A stretch of DNA of 62,315 nucleotides, filler included, from Stramenopiles sp. TOSAG23-2 (taxonomy: Eukaryota), in assembly GCA_900128395.1 (NCBI GenBank). It is 35 parts of 35 records of this genome, joined end to end, with 100 filler letters (N's around TTAATTAATTAA, not from the genome) between each part and the next. Parts side by side here need not be neighbours in the genome. Positions count along the whole stretch, not along the records: positions 10,778 to 12,471 come from LT652492.1; positions 12,572 to 14,265 come from LT652493.1; positions 14,366 to 16,058 come from LT652494.1; positions 16,159 to 17,849 come from LT652495.1; positions 17,950 to 19,639 come from LT652496.1; positions 19,740 to 21,428 come from LT652497.1; 29 more parts are not named here. One strand, given 5' to 3'. How positions within the stretch are numbered: position 1 is the first letter of the stretch; the number at the start of each line of letters is the position of its first letter. Positions 10,778 through 21,528 of this stretch are shown here, piece by piece. The notes under the pieces are model-generated. The model worked only from the letters and a program-made list of their open reading frames with translations, had not been told where the DNA came from and did no database searches. The position numbers and the translations under genes are program-made.

Positions 10778-12471
10778 ATTATTTATTGGAAAAAAGTCGT
10801 AGTGTTATACAACCAGAATTAGAAAGAAATTTTCATATATTTTACCAACTATGCCAAGGTGCAGATGATGATATAAGGACTACATTGAAATTGCAGCCAG
10901 CCACATCATACGATTACTTAAATCAAAGCGGATGTCTCGAAGTCGACAGTATATCTGATGAAGAAGAATTTCAAAGTACAAGAATGGCGATGAAAACTTT
11001 AGGGTTGACACTTTCTCAGCAATTAGCTATTTTTAAATTGATATCTGCACATTTGCATTTAGGTAATATTGTGTTTGAAGAAGATAATATCACAAATAGC
11101 GACGGTGATAACGTTACTAGTAGCCGTATTGACCAGGCCCAACCATTAGAAAGAGCAGCTGAAATGTATGGTGTTGACGCGTCCGAATTATATGAAGCAT
11201 TAGTAACTAGAGTATCATCCCACCAGATGGAAATCCTGTTATAAAACATTTAGATCCAGAGCAAGCAGTATATGCACGTAATGCATTTGCAAAGTATGTA
11301 TATTCTGGACTTTTTGCTTGGTTAGTCGAACGTGTCAACCGTTCTTTAGAAAATTCCAAAGAACCTTTGAATTATGATAAAGTGAAATCAATCGGTATTC
11401 TTGATATATATGGCTTTGAAAGCTTATTAAATAATGGATTTGAGCAACTATTAATAAATTACGCCAACGAGACATTGCAAACGATATTCAATCGAGTAAT
11501 TTTTGAAGGAGAAAAAAGTTTATACTCCGCAGAAGGAATTAACTGGGATGCAACTGATTTTCCAGATAATTCGAAATGTTTAGATTTAATTGAACACCGT
11601 TCCAATGGTATTTTAGCTTTATTAAACGAAGAGTGCTTATTAGGCCATGGTACCGATTTAACGTTTTGTCGCAAAATTACGAATTTATTTACATCTACAC
11701 GCGATCCATATTTTGCAGCTTGTGGACCTTCCACTAAATGGAGAGACCCTTCCTCCGGCGAGCCTACAACAGAAATGCACTTTGTTGTTAGACATTTTGC
11801 TGGTAATATTATATATACATCAGAGTTTTTTATTGAGAAAAATCGTGATACCGTCAGTCAACGTCTAAAAAATTTGAGCAAAGACAGCACAAATAGTATT
11901 TTTCATAGCTTATCCACCATTCAAGATAACGCAATATCTAGTGGAAGTGGAGGCAGAAAAAATAGAGGGAACAAAAAAGGCCGTGACAAAGGTGGTAGAA
12001 AAGGTCATAACGAATTACACAGTACACTAGGGATGTCATTTAGAAAACAGTTAAAATCGATGGTTGAAGTAATCAAAGGGACTAAACCTGTATTCTTGCG
12101 TTGTATAAAATCGAACAATTATTTAAGAGAACAATTATGTGATTCTGTATCCGTCTTGCGGCAATTAAGGTGCAATGGTGTCCTTGCTGCATTAGATATG
12201 CGTCGTGCAGGATTTCCGACGCGTATATTGTACAAAGAGTTTTGTGAAAGATACCATGTTTTAGTAAAATCTAATCAGGATTCAGAAAGACGACGATCTA
12301 GCGGGAGTATTGGAAGAAGTTACAAGAAAAATTGGAAAAAAGTGGCAGAATCTATTTTATCAAATGAGATTGTTGAAGCAGCGGATATTAAGGGGTCAAC
12401 ACGTCTTGGAATTACGCGAATATTTTTCCGCTCTGGTGTATTAGCAATCCTCGATACGGTGAAAGAAACGG
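10778..12471 (+). CDS. Myosin motor domain, internal fragment, one apparent frameshift near 11215
   Basis: LLEKSR, ERNFHIFYQL, AFAKYVYSGLFAWLV (shifted frame), IGILDIYGFE, NYANETLQ, FLRCIKSN and QLRCNGV. Confidence 0.97.
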
Positions 12472-12813
12472 NNNNNNNNNNNNNNNNNNNNNNNNNNNNN
12501 NNNNNNNNNNNNNNNTTAATTAATTAANNNNNNNNNNNNNNNNNNNNNNNNNNNNNNNNNNNNNNNNNNNNATACTTGTAGTAAAAAAAATGAAAATATA
12601 AAATGGATTTTTATATAAAAGTATTATAAAAGTTGTAAATATTATAAGAATGAGAAATTAATATCATATCGATGCTAAAGTAAAAATATAAAATTTATAT
12701 TTTTATAGGATATTTTAGATATTAAACAGATCAAATTGGAATATTTGATATATTTTAATGATTTAAATCACCTTTACCTGCTCCTACGTGCTGGCCCGGC
12801 AGATTATTAAACC

Positions 12814-13060
12814 GGGACCGAAAATATTAGCATAGGAATAGCATTATGTTAGAGTTGAAGAGTAGGGTTCAAGCGGAACGTAATTTTATCAAACAATGCC
12901 GATTATGGATATTATTAACTTACAAATATCCGATTTTAGTTTGTAAAATGGCATATCAATTTCATTATTTATTTAAAAACATAATATAATGAAAATCACA
13001 AAATCCTTTTTTAAAATTCATTTTTTGATAAAATTATACGTTCCGATTGATTTCGGTCCC
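12814..13060. mobile_element. MITE-like element, family B (10 bp TIR gggaccgaaa/tttcggtccc)
   Basis: Short perfect TIR. The interior (ataggaatagcattat..agagttgaagagtagggttcaagcgga) recurs in reverse orientation at ~29285-29500. Confidence 0.65.
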
Positions 13061-13527
13061 ATAGGCCCGATTTAGAATCTATATATATTAATATATAAGT
13101 GCATTATATCGAGTATATACACCATTGGATATTGTGGACTGTGGACATTGTGTGTGGATATATATTTTGATGGAAATATTTGATAGACGTAATATTTAGT
13201 ATATTAATAAGTACGAAGTGGATCAATTAATATACTAATACTATATACTATATACTATATACTTTTTCGTTACTCGACGACGAATTGCAGCATTGCAGCA
13301 GGTTGTTGTTATGACAAAATATTACATATATATATATTAATATATAATCTCAATAAGAATCAGTGTACACATCCACGTGTTTGCAAATATATAAATGTAT
13401 ATATATATATATATGTGATTGCGATTATAGATTAAACTATATAATTCAACGAATCGTTGTACTTGAAATATTTATATTCTCCAGGAAATAATTACATTTG
13501 TGTCTGTATATATATAATTTCATTACA

Positions 13528-13935
13528 ATGATACCGTCACAACAACATGATAATAATAATACCAACAATGTAATGTATGATACTATCATAAAACAATGGA
13601 AAGAAGTAGAATATGCAAAAAAAGAGGAAAAACATAGTATTGATACCAACAATGACAACAATATAGACGACGACGATGATGATAATGATAAATACATACG
13701 TGTAAAAATATCATGTGATTTTAGTAAACGAGATCATTTAAAATATACGAATAAAAATGATGATCATCAAAGTAGAAATAATAATAAAAAAAAATATAAT
13801 GGGGCTGTGTCCCACATGAGATTTTTTTTAAAGAATAAGAGAGGAATTTTAGTTTTTAAAAAGTTAAAAGTCGTGCTACAAAACATCGTTTTTAATAAAA
13901 TACGAGTCGTAATTTTTACGGTTCGTACGAAGTAA
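13528..13935 (+). CDS. Hypothetical low-complexity protein
   Basis: N/D-rich ORF with no recognised domain. Confidence 0.3.
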   Translation: MIPSQQHDNNNTNNVMYDTIIKQWKEVEYAKKEEKHSIDTNNDNNIDDDDDDNDKYIRVKISCDFSKRDHLKYTNKNDDHQSRNNNKKKYNGAVSHMRFFLKNKRGILVFKKLKVVLQNIVFNKIRVVIFTVRTK

Positions 13936-14055
13936 ATATTTTCACAAAATTTAATGATAATACAAAGCTTCGTACCAACTTCCGACAATTTATCTCATGT
14001 ACATATTTTTAAAAAAAAAGAACTTTCATATCTCATATATCTTAGGTCCTTATAT

Positions 14056-14265
14056 TCACAATCCCAATGCTTTTAAAAAAACACTTGCCATTAATTTGTA
14101 ACCATTATCATCTGGGTGGCATTGATCGCATTGCCATATTTGATCATCCTCGCAATAATATTGACATGGTTGAAATTTCGTTGTTAATGTACATTTTAAG
14201 GGAAAGGTGCGTTTCCAATTATCAATCGTTCCACCCATATTTTCATAAATATTAATAATACCATC
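14056..14265 (-). CDS. SGNH/GDSL hydrolase, C-terminal fragment
   Basis: Block V-like DQCHPDDNGYKLMA at the C-terminus; frame open to the contig edge. Confidence 0.65.
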   Translation of the reverse strand, partial: DGIINIYENMGGTIDNWKRTFPLKCTLTTKFQPCQYYCEDDQIWQCDQCHPDDNGYKLMASVFLKALGL

Positions 14266-14365
14266 NNNNNNNNNNNNNNNNNNNNNNNNNNNNNNNNNNN
14301 NNNNNNNNNTTAATTAATTAANNNNNNNNNNNNNNNNNNNNNNNNNNNNNNNNNNNNNNNNNNNN

Positions 14366-15570
14366 GTGCATTAGAAGGTCAAGAAGAAATGTTAGGACCA
14401 AAACATTCAGATACATTAATATCAGTCAATAATCTTGCTGGATTGTTCAGAAAACAAGATAAATTCGATGAAGCTGAATCATTATATAAACGTGCATTAG
14501 AAGGTCAAGAAGAAATGTTAGGACGAAAACATTCACATACATTAAATACAGTCAATAATCTTGCTGGATTGTTCAAAAAACAAAATAAATTAGATGAAGC
14601 TGAATTATTATATAAACGTGCATTAGAAGGTTATGAAGAAATGTTAGGACGAAAACATTCATCTACATTAAATACAGTCGGTAATCTTGCTTCATTGTTC
14701 TCAAAACAAAATAAATTAGATGAAGCTGAATTATTATATAAACGTGCATTAGAAGGTCAAGAAGAAATGTTAGGACCAAAACACCCAGATACATTAAAAA
14801 CACAAAATTTTCTTTTTGGCTGCAAATCCCGTGCTACCTTAGGACGGCAACAGAGTCAAGCAGACCATGTTGGTATTTTAAAACAAGGTACTGCTGTATA
14901 TATTCATAGTTTAACTGATGCTACACAACATAATGGTCGGATAGGAAGAATTAAACATTTTGACAACAGTAAAGAGGAATATACAGTAGATATAGGACCA
15001 GAAACTCCTCCATTAGCGTTAACATTGTCTCGTGCATTAGAAGGTAGAGAAGAAATGTTAGGACGAAAACATTCAGATACATTAAATACAGTCAATAATC
15101 TTGCTTTATTGTTCAAAAAACAAAATAAATTAGATGAAGCTGAATTATTATATAAACGTGCATTAAAAGGTAGAGAAGAAATGTTAGGACAAAAACATTC
15201 ATCTACATTAGATTCTGTATATAATCTTGCTGATTTATTAAAAACACAAGGTAAAATAAATGAAGCTATAACATTATTTGAACGAGAATTACAAGGTCTG
15301 ACAGAAATAAATGGAATGAAACATTCGGATACAATATATTCAGCAATGAATCTTGTTGAAATATTATTCGAGCAAGGAAAAGAAAATGAAGCACATGTAT
15401 TGGCAGAAGAATATGAACTATATGATGACGACGACGACGACGACGAACTATATGATGACGATGATAGTGATACCAATCATAGTGATGACAATGATAGTGA
15501 TACCAATGATAGTGATGACGATGATGGTGATACCAATGATAGTGATACTAACGATGTGAATGGTGATTAA
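14366..15570 (+). CDS. Kinesin-light-chain-type TPR (42-aa repeat) protein with inserted SH3/KOW-like module and acidic tail, 5' truncated
   Basis: Near-identical 126-nt repeats LGxKHSxTLxxVNNLAxLFxKQxKxDEAExLYKRALEG; insert GTAVYIHSL..HNGRIGRI..FD..YTV; D-rich tail. Confidence 0.9.
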
Positions 15571-16009
15571 ACACATGATATAAGATAATATTATAAATGG
15601 ACGAACAATCAATATTTTTACATTAATAATCATCTAGTACAAGTGAACAATTGTTCATATACACAATATTGGATATTTATTAATTTATGTAAAAAACAAC
15701 TTTCTATTAATATTAATACTCCTCAGGAAAATTTTCCTACGCTTTGTGTAGGAAAATTGATAAGTACTTATATTACTATGGGAATAACATTAGAGTCTCC
15801 AAAATTAAAATTAGCATCGTCATAGCATTATCTATTTTCCATCTTACTGGTACTTTTCGATTTTTTGTTTGTACTTATTAAGCTACTATTTATGATAGGA
15901 ATATAAATTTTACTTGCTTGTTTTTATTACATATTTATACTACACACAAAAAAGTGTAGTATATTATATAGGATATGTTTTAGATATAATTAGATATAAT
16001 AAGATATAT

Positions 16010-16058
16010 CCCGATATAATTTTTACTGTGCCGGCCAGTCGTACATTTTCGGTACACA
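16010..16058. mobile_element. Truncated end of family F foldback/MITE element
   Basis: cccgatataatt..ctgtgccggccagtc..ttttcggtaca matches the left arm at 29772-29818. Confidence 0.7.
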
Positions 16059-16158
16059 NNNNNNNNNNNNNNNNNNNNNNNNNNNNNNNNNNNNNNNNNN
16101 NNTTAATTAATTAANNNNNNNNNNNNNNNNNNNNNNNNNNNNNNNNNNNNNNNNNNNN

Positions 16159-16931
16159 TTGGTCAACGTAGCTATGAACAACAAAATAATATTAAAAATG
16201 GTGATCCAATACATTTAGATATTTTAAACGACCAACCAATTGCGCTAGATCTTGTAGGTAGAATGACATTACGTGAACCAGAAAAGCGTTTAACAATTAA
16301 AGAGGTATTGGAACATCCATTTTTTTGGAATCATACAATGCAAATAAACAACATTCGCGATTGGAATTCTAGTTGGTCCTCTAATGATAATATCTTTCGA
16401 AAACGTATCAGCCAACATTCATTTAAAAATGTACCGCTAATTGTTGGTAATAAGGATGGCTGGAAAGGAAGCTTGCATCCTGCTGTAAGAAAATATTTAG
16501 ATTCAAGAAAAGATAATTATTACGATGGTAAAAATCTAAAGGATCTAATTCGTGCAATACGCAATATAAATGAACATTGGTTTGACAAAAATGAAAAATT
16601 AGATGATAATGAACAACAATTACGTAAAGAAGCATTGGAATGTTTTAATTATGCTAGTAGTAGCAAAAATAATAATAATAATAATAATAATAATAGTGAT
16701 GCAGCAGTGACAAAGGAAATGAAATTATCAAAATATTTCTTACAAGATCGTTTTCGAACGTTGCTTTTAATTTTTCATAACGAATATGAATTTATTTTAC
16801 ATGCACAGCAAGCAGATTCAAATAATAGTAATAAATTTTCTTTACGTAGAAATAATAAAGATTTCCCTTCTCTTATGCGTAATAATAATAACAATAACAA
16901 TAGAAATACTGGAAAGAAAAAAAAGCGGTGA
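16159..16931 (+). CDS. Kinase C-lobe + KEN ribonuclease domain (IRE1/RNase L superfamily), 3' part
   Basis: FGQRSYEQQNNI, PEKRLTIKEVLEHPFFW, then YDGKNLKDLIRAIRNINEH and YFLQDRF. Confidence 0.88.
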
Positions 16932-17949
16932 AAAGTGAAAAGATCTTTTTGTTTTTTTGAAAAAGTTACGGGAGAGAACATATTGCGTAAATACGAGAAT
17001 AATTCTTTTTTTTTATAATATAAAAAAAGTTTTAACTCTCTAGATGTTTTTTATTTTTTTCTACCTAAACTACGTCCTTCCTAATTTTTTTAATTTCTTG
17101 ACGGTGACATGTGCACACACGGGTTGTATTACTGCACACACGAACTACTGTCCATGCCCCCTGATCTTACTGAGATTTGAGATTAAAATTGTTGTTTCAA
17201 AAATACGATATATCCGTTCGTGTATATGATAGACGACTAGGAAGAAGAAGAAGAATATAATAAAATTGTCTTTTTCAAATATGTAGTCGGTCTAGAAGGT
17301 CATGATATAAAGATGATTTATTTGTGTGGTGACCTCCATTGTATTTACCTGCTAATGGCATGCCCAGCATGTACATAGCACTGTTAAATAATATAAGCAC
17401 AGAATATAAGCACAGCATCAGCATCAGCACATCAGAATATTATTTTAATATTTACTACTAGTTATACCAGGTAGTATATGTTCCTGTTCCTATGATGTGA
17501 TTTCGGGTTAATGCTATAATGCTATGTCAATATTAATTTTTTTTTCTCAGACTTCCTGATCTCCTTGTTGTAAAAAAAAAAAAAAAAACCCGGATGTATA
17601 GATGATGGAGTTGCGATTGATGATTTATTAGATTGATGATGATTGTTTTGTTGAATAATAATTGCAATTATTGATGATTTTTTAATAAATTGAATTGATC
17701 AATTGATCCTGGTAATATGATTTCAATGATATATATTACTGTATTGTAGAAAATAATAAAGAACTAAGAAAAGATTTATATAACAACAATATAGAAACAA
17801 CAGAACATTGGAAACAACAGAAAATAATTATAGACAACTGGCATTACTGNNNNNNNNNNNNNNNNNNNNNNNNNNNNNNNNNNNNNNNNNNNNTTAATTA
17901 ATTAANNNNNNNNNNNNNNNNNNNNNNNNNNNNNNNNNNNNNNNNNNNN

Positions 17950-18172
17950 AACAATTTACACCTCCACCGAGTTCACCTACACGAAGTAAATTTCATCCAA
18001 TTCTCATCTTCACCAAAATTGACTGAAATTAGTACATCTCATTCACTTTATAGATTAACTAATATAAAATTAATACATGAAATATAGCATATTTTCGTAT
18101 TTAGTCAAAAACGTGCCTAATTTAAGGTAAATATCACGTCGGAGGTGAACTTCAGCGGAGGTGGTAATTGTT
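17950..18172. mobile_element. MITE-like element, family C (imperfect ~35 bp TIR)
   Basis: aacaatttacacctccaccgagttcacct pairs with ggaggtgaacttcagcggaggtggtaattgtt around an AT-rich interior; single copy in the window. Confidence 0.55.
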
Positions 18173-18953
18173 CATTTTTAATGCCACCTGCTCTACAGGA
18201 AAAGTGTGTAAGAACTTGCACGTATTTTTTTTTTGAATGGTGGTTGCGATGCTATTGCGATGCTATTTGTATCCGGTCCGGACCGCTAATAAATTTCTGG
18301 TGGCCAAAAGACATCCATTCGAAGGAAAAAGAAAAGAGGCAATAGTATTCCGATGCTATTTAAAAATTGGACCTTGTTTAGATGAGCTTCTTCAATATTT
18401 TTGGAAATTTCGACGAGGATGTTGTGATAAATCATCCCTTTTTCATAGTGAATAGTGTTATTTTTGATCACAGTGAACAGAAAAAAAATATTATTCAACT
18501 GCTTTTTCGGATATATATAATATTTGGATATACTAAAATGGAAATCTTGATAATTAAAGACATTGAAATAATAATGTAAGAATATAGAAATTAGATTAGA
18601 TTTCCTCTTCTTAAAATATTTTTTGATATTTAGCATTGGATTTCCTATTCAGATTTCACCTCCAATTTAAAAACTGTGCTAAAATGTGCAATGGAAAAGA
18701 ATCCCGCGGAAGAATCGCCTGGAATCAAGTACAAGACATTGACTACGACAATAAAATATATCTACCTATTACCTAATATATTAGTATTACATAGCATTGC
18801 ATATTTTGAATTTTCGACTCTATAAAAATTACCACCAAAAGAGATCAAATTTACCAGGGAGATCATCATGCATAAAAATTATTATCAAGTATAAGTTATA
18901 AACACACCCTTTTCCTCACACCTCACGAACTCCACATAGATAGACCTAGCTAG

Positions 18954-19532
18954 CTACCTCGCTGCGACAGCTGCACCATGTACCATATCCATCAATACAG
19001 GCATAATTGCACTGACACTATCTTCCAATTTGGCTTTTAAATATTCTTCTGCACTTGCTTCATCTTCTACTTTTAAATCTAAACGTAATTTTTCTTTTAC
19101 TTGTTCAATGACAGCATTTGCATTTTGTGTGACACAAAAATCTTTAATACCTGAATTTTTTAATAAATTTAATAATGATAATATCAATGGTGCTTTATAA
19201 CGTAATATATTATATCCTTGGCAACAATACCGTTGAAATGCAGCAAAACCTACACTATCTTTACCACCCATACATTGTACCATTTCCTTCGTTAAACGCA
19301 TTGGTGCAGGCATTGGTTTTGGATCTTTACCAAAAATAAAACCAAAGTCAATATGTAATAAATGACCAGTTGGTTTTAACATTAAATTTTCTAAATGACG
19401 ATCACCAATACCTAAGATATATGTAATGACACAATATCCAGCACTACTACGAATAAATGTTTCCATCACTTCTGAATCAATGCCATATTCAGCATTTGGA
19501 TCCGGGTTAAATTTTCTAAAATATGATCGTAT
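18954..19532 (-). CDS. VPS34: Class III phosphatidylinositol 3-kinase, terminal exon (catalytic domain)
   Basis: SAGYCVITYILGIGDRHLEN and HIDFGFIFGKDPKP. Preceded by an ACTAAC branch point (~19565) and a CAG acceptor (19533-19535). Confidence 0.93.
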   Translation of the reverse strand: MRSYFRKFNPDPNAEYGIDSEVMETFIRSSAGYCVITYILGIGDRHLENLMLKPTGHLLHIDFGFIFGKDPKPMPAPMRLTKEMVQCMGGKDSVGFAAFQRYCCQGYNILRYKAPLILSLLNLLKNSGIKDFCVTQNANAVIEQVKEKLRLDLKVEDEASAEEYLKAKLEDSVSAIMPVLMDMVHGAAVAAR

Positions 19533-19739
19533 CTGCATGTGTGTTTATATATATAATAGAACATGTTAGTGAAACAGGTTTTTAATATGAAGAGTTTGAT
19601 GGTGCTTATTTAAATACAATATATATATATATATAGTACNNNNNNNNNNNNNNNNNNNNNNNNNNNNNNNNNNNNNNNNNNNNTTAATTAATTAANNNNN
19701 NNNNNNNNNNNNNNNNNNNNNNNNNNNNNNNNNNNNNNN

Positions 19740-20486
19740 ATGGTAGTTTCTCCACCACCATCATTTAATTTGAACATATTATTGCCAAGAAAAAAAATTG
19801 AATTTCTAGGTGATAGTATTACAGCAGGATTCTGCAACATGTGTAAAATTGAATCTCACATTTGTGGACCAAAACCTGATCATGGACAAACTTGTGAAGC
19901 ACAACAACATTTTTCATCTAGCTGGGCAAACTTGATTTGTGACTATTTTCAAGCTGATTGCCATATAGAGGCGTGGTCTGGATTTGGCATGTATGAAAAT
20001 TGTTGTGGTGGAAACACAGTGATGCCTGATATATATAAAAGAACTTTAGCAACAGTTGTATCATCAAATTCAAGTGATCCTCATGGTACTGTAAAAGATA
20101 ATTTATGGGATTTTACGAAATGGATACCTGATGCTGTTGTAATTAATTTAGGCACGAATGATTTATTAAATCGTAGACCAGAAAATGTTTATAAATATAA
20201 TGAGACATATTTAAATCTAATATTGGAAACTTCAAGATTGTATGGTATAAATACACATTTTTTCCTAGCATGTGGTCCGATGTCGACGGCATATTGCAAT
20301 GAAGTAGATTGGATTCTGCAAACAGTTACAAAGCCACCATATTCAATCAAAGCGTCATTTTTAGATCAACGCAATTATTTAAATGGAACCTATGGCCCAT
20401 CATGTTGTGGACACCCATCTGCATCTGTTGATAAAGCAATTAGTCATGGTAGTATTAAAAGAATTAGTGAGGTAATGCATTGGTAA
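19740..20486 (+). CDS. SGNH hydrolase, carbohydrate esterase family 2-like, 5' truncated
   Basis: KIEFLGDSITAG, AWSGFG, WDF..W.PDAVVINLGTND and GHPS. Confidence 0.88.
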   Translation: MVVSPPPSFNLNILLPRKKIEFLGDSITAGFCNMCKIESHICGPKPDHGQTCEAQQHFSSSWANLICDYFQADCHIEAWSGFGMYENCCGGNTVMPDIYKRTLATVVSSNSSDPHGTVKDNLWDFTKWIPDAVVINLGTNDLLNRRPENVYKYNETYLNLILETSRLYGINTHFFLACGPMSTAYCNEVDWILQTVTKPPYSIKASFLDQRNYLNGTYGPSCCGHPSASVDKAISHGSIKRISEVMHW

Positions 20487-20817
20487 TTTTTTTGAATATT
20501 CGTGTATTGTTAAAATATATTTTGTTGCGCTGTATATGAGTGTTACACTGCTGTAATAATCGTATTATTATATTCTAAATAATTTTTTTATTTATTAGCT
20601 TCTTTTTCTTTCTTCTCCGGCACCTTCCCTCTGTGTCAACCGTCAGGCTGCCAATGTTATCACAATGCTAAATTTAACATATATACAGCACTAAATACCC
20701 AATTTTTAAGGATTTCATTCGAAAGAAAACATTTTTTAATCTATAATATCTTGTTATCTTGCTAATTTATCAATTTATCTTTTGATGAAAGGCTTAAAAG
20801 GATTTTTTGACTATAAA

Positions 20818-21428
20818 TTATAGATTATATTGAAGTGTTACTTTATTCAGAAGACAGATCCACAATACAAATTTTTGATAGGTAGATATTTCCAAAACTG
20901 GAAACACTATTTTTATTTTAACGGAAATTGCACGTTGACTTACAAGTGATATGAAAAAATGGTTTTTTTGTATGAATAGCATGGTAATAGCATGCTGGGC
21001 ATGGCCATTTACAATACTGACAGCACATTTCTGTATTTTGTCTTGTATTTTGTCTTGTATTTTGTCTTGTAATTCTTCAACACTTTTGTAATTTGATAAT
21101 TGTCTACAAATAAAAATACAACTACTTTTGTTTTTACAATAAAAACTAACTAAAGGATCCATACGACCATAAGCATCAGACTTTTTATTTCCCATTTTAG
21201 CTTCTGTGTAACAACGAATAAATTCACCCACATCATTTCTGTATTGAATTTGCCTTCTCCTCTCATGTTCTATATTTTCTTCCGGACTTACAATTCTCCA
21301 TGCTTTATGATAGACATTGTCTATTTGTGCATTTGCCCAATTGTTATCATGTTTGAACTTTTTAAAATCACTTGGAAAACATTTAGATAAAAAAAGTTTT
21401 AAGAAGGCTTTATGAAATGTAAATGTGA
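20818..21428 (-). CDS. Hypothetical protein fragment with 3x QDKI (12 bp) tandem repeat
   Basis: Frame open from the contig edge to 20818; no recognised domain. Confidence 0.4.
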
Positions 21429-21528
21429 NNNNNNNNNNNNNNNNNNNNNNNNNNNNNNNNNNNNNNNNNNNNTTAATTAATTAANNNNNNNNNNNNNNNN
21501 NNNNNNNNNNNNNNNNNNNNNNNNNNNN

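Noticed and set aside
12855-12880. tRNA suggested by GGGTTCAAG (T-loop-like)
   Set aside because: No cloverleaf or acceptor stem; it lies inside repeat family B.
14904-15476. Antisense and alternative-frame ORFs in the track (e.g. 14904-15476, 2818-3033, 41098-41388 and ORFs ending in X..LIN)
   Set aside because: Shadows of real genes or low-complexity repeats, or read-through into the N linker.
8984-16931. Immune gene cluster (TIR-HhH, TPR, KEN RNase close together)
   Set aside because: They are on separate contigs ordered by length, so adjacency is meaningless.
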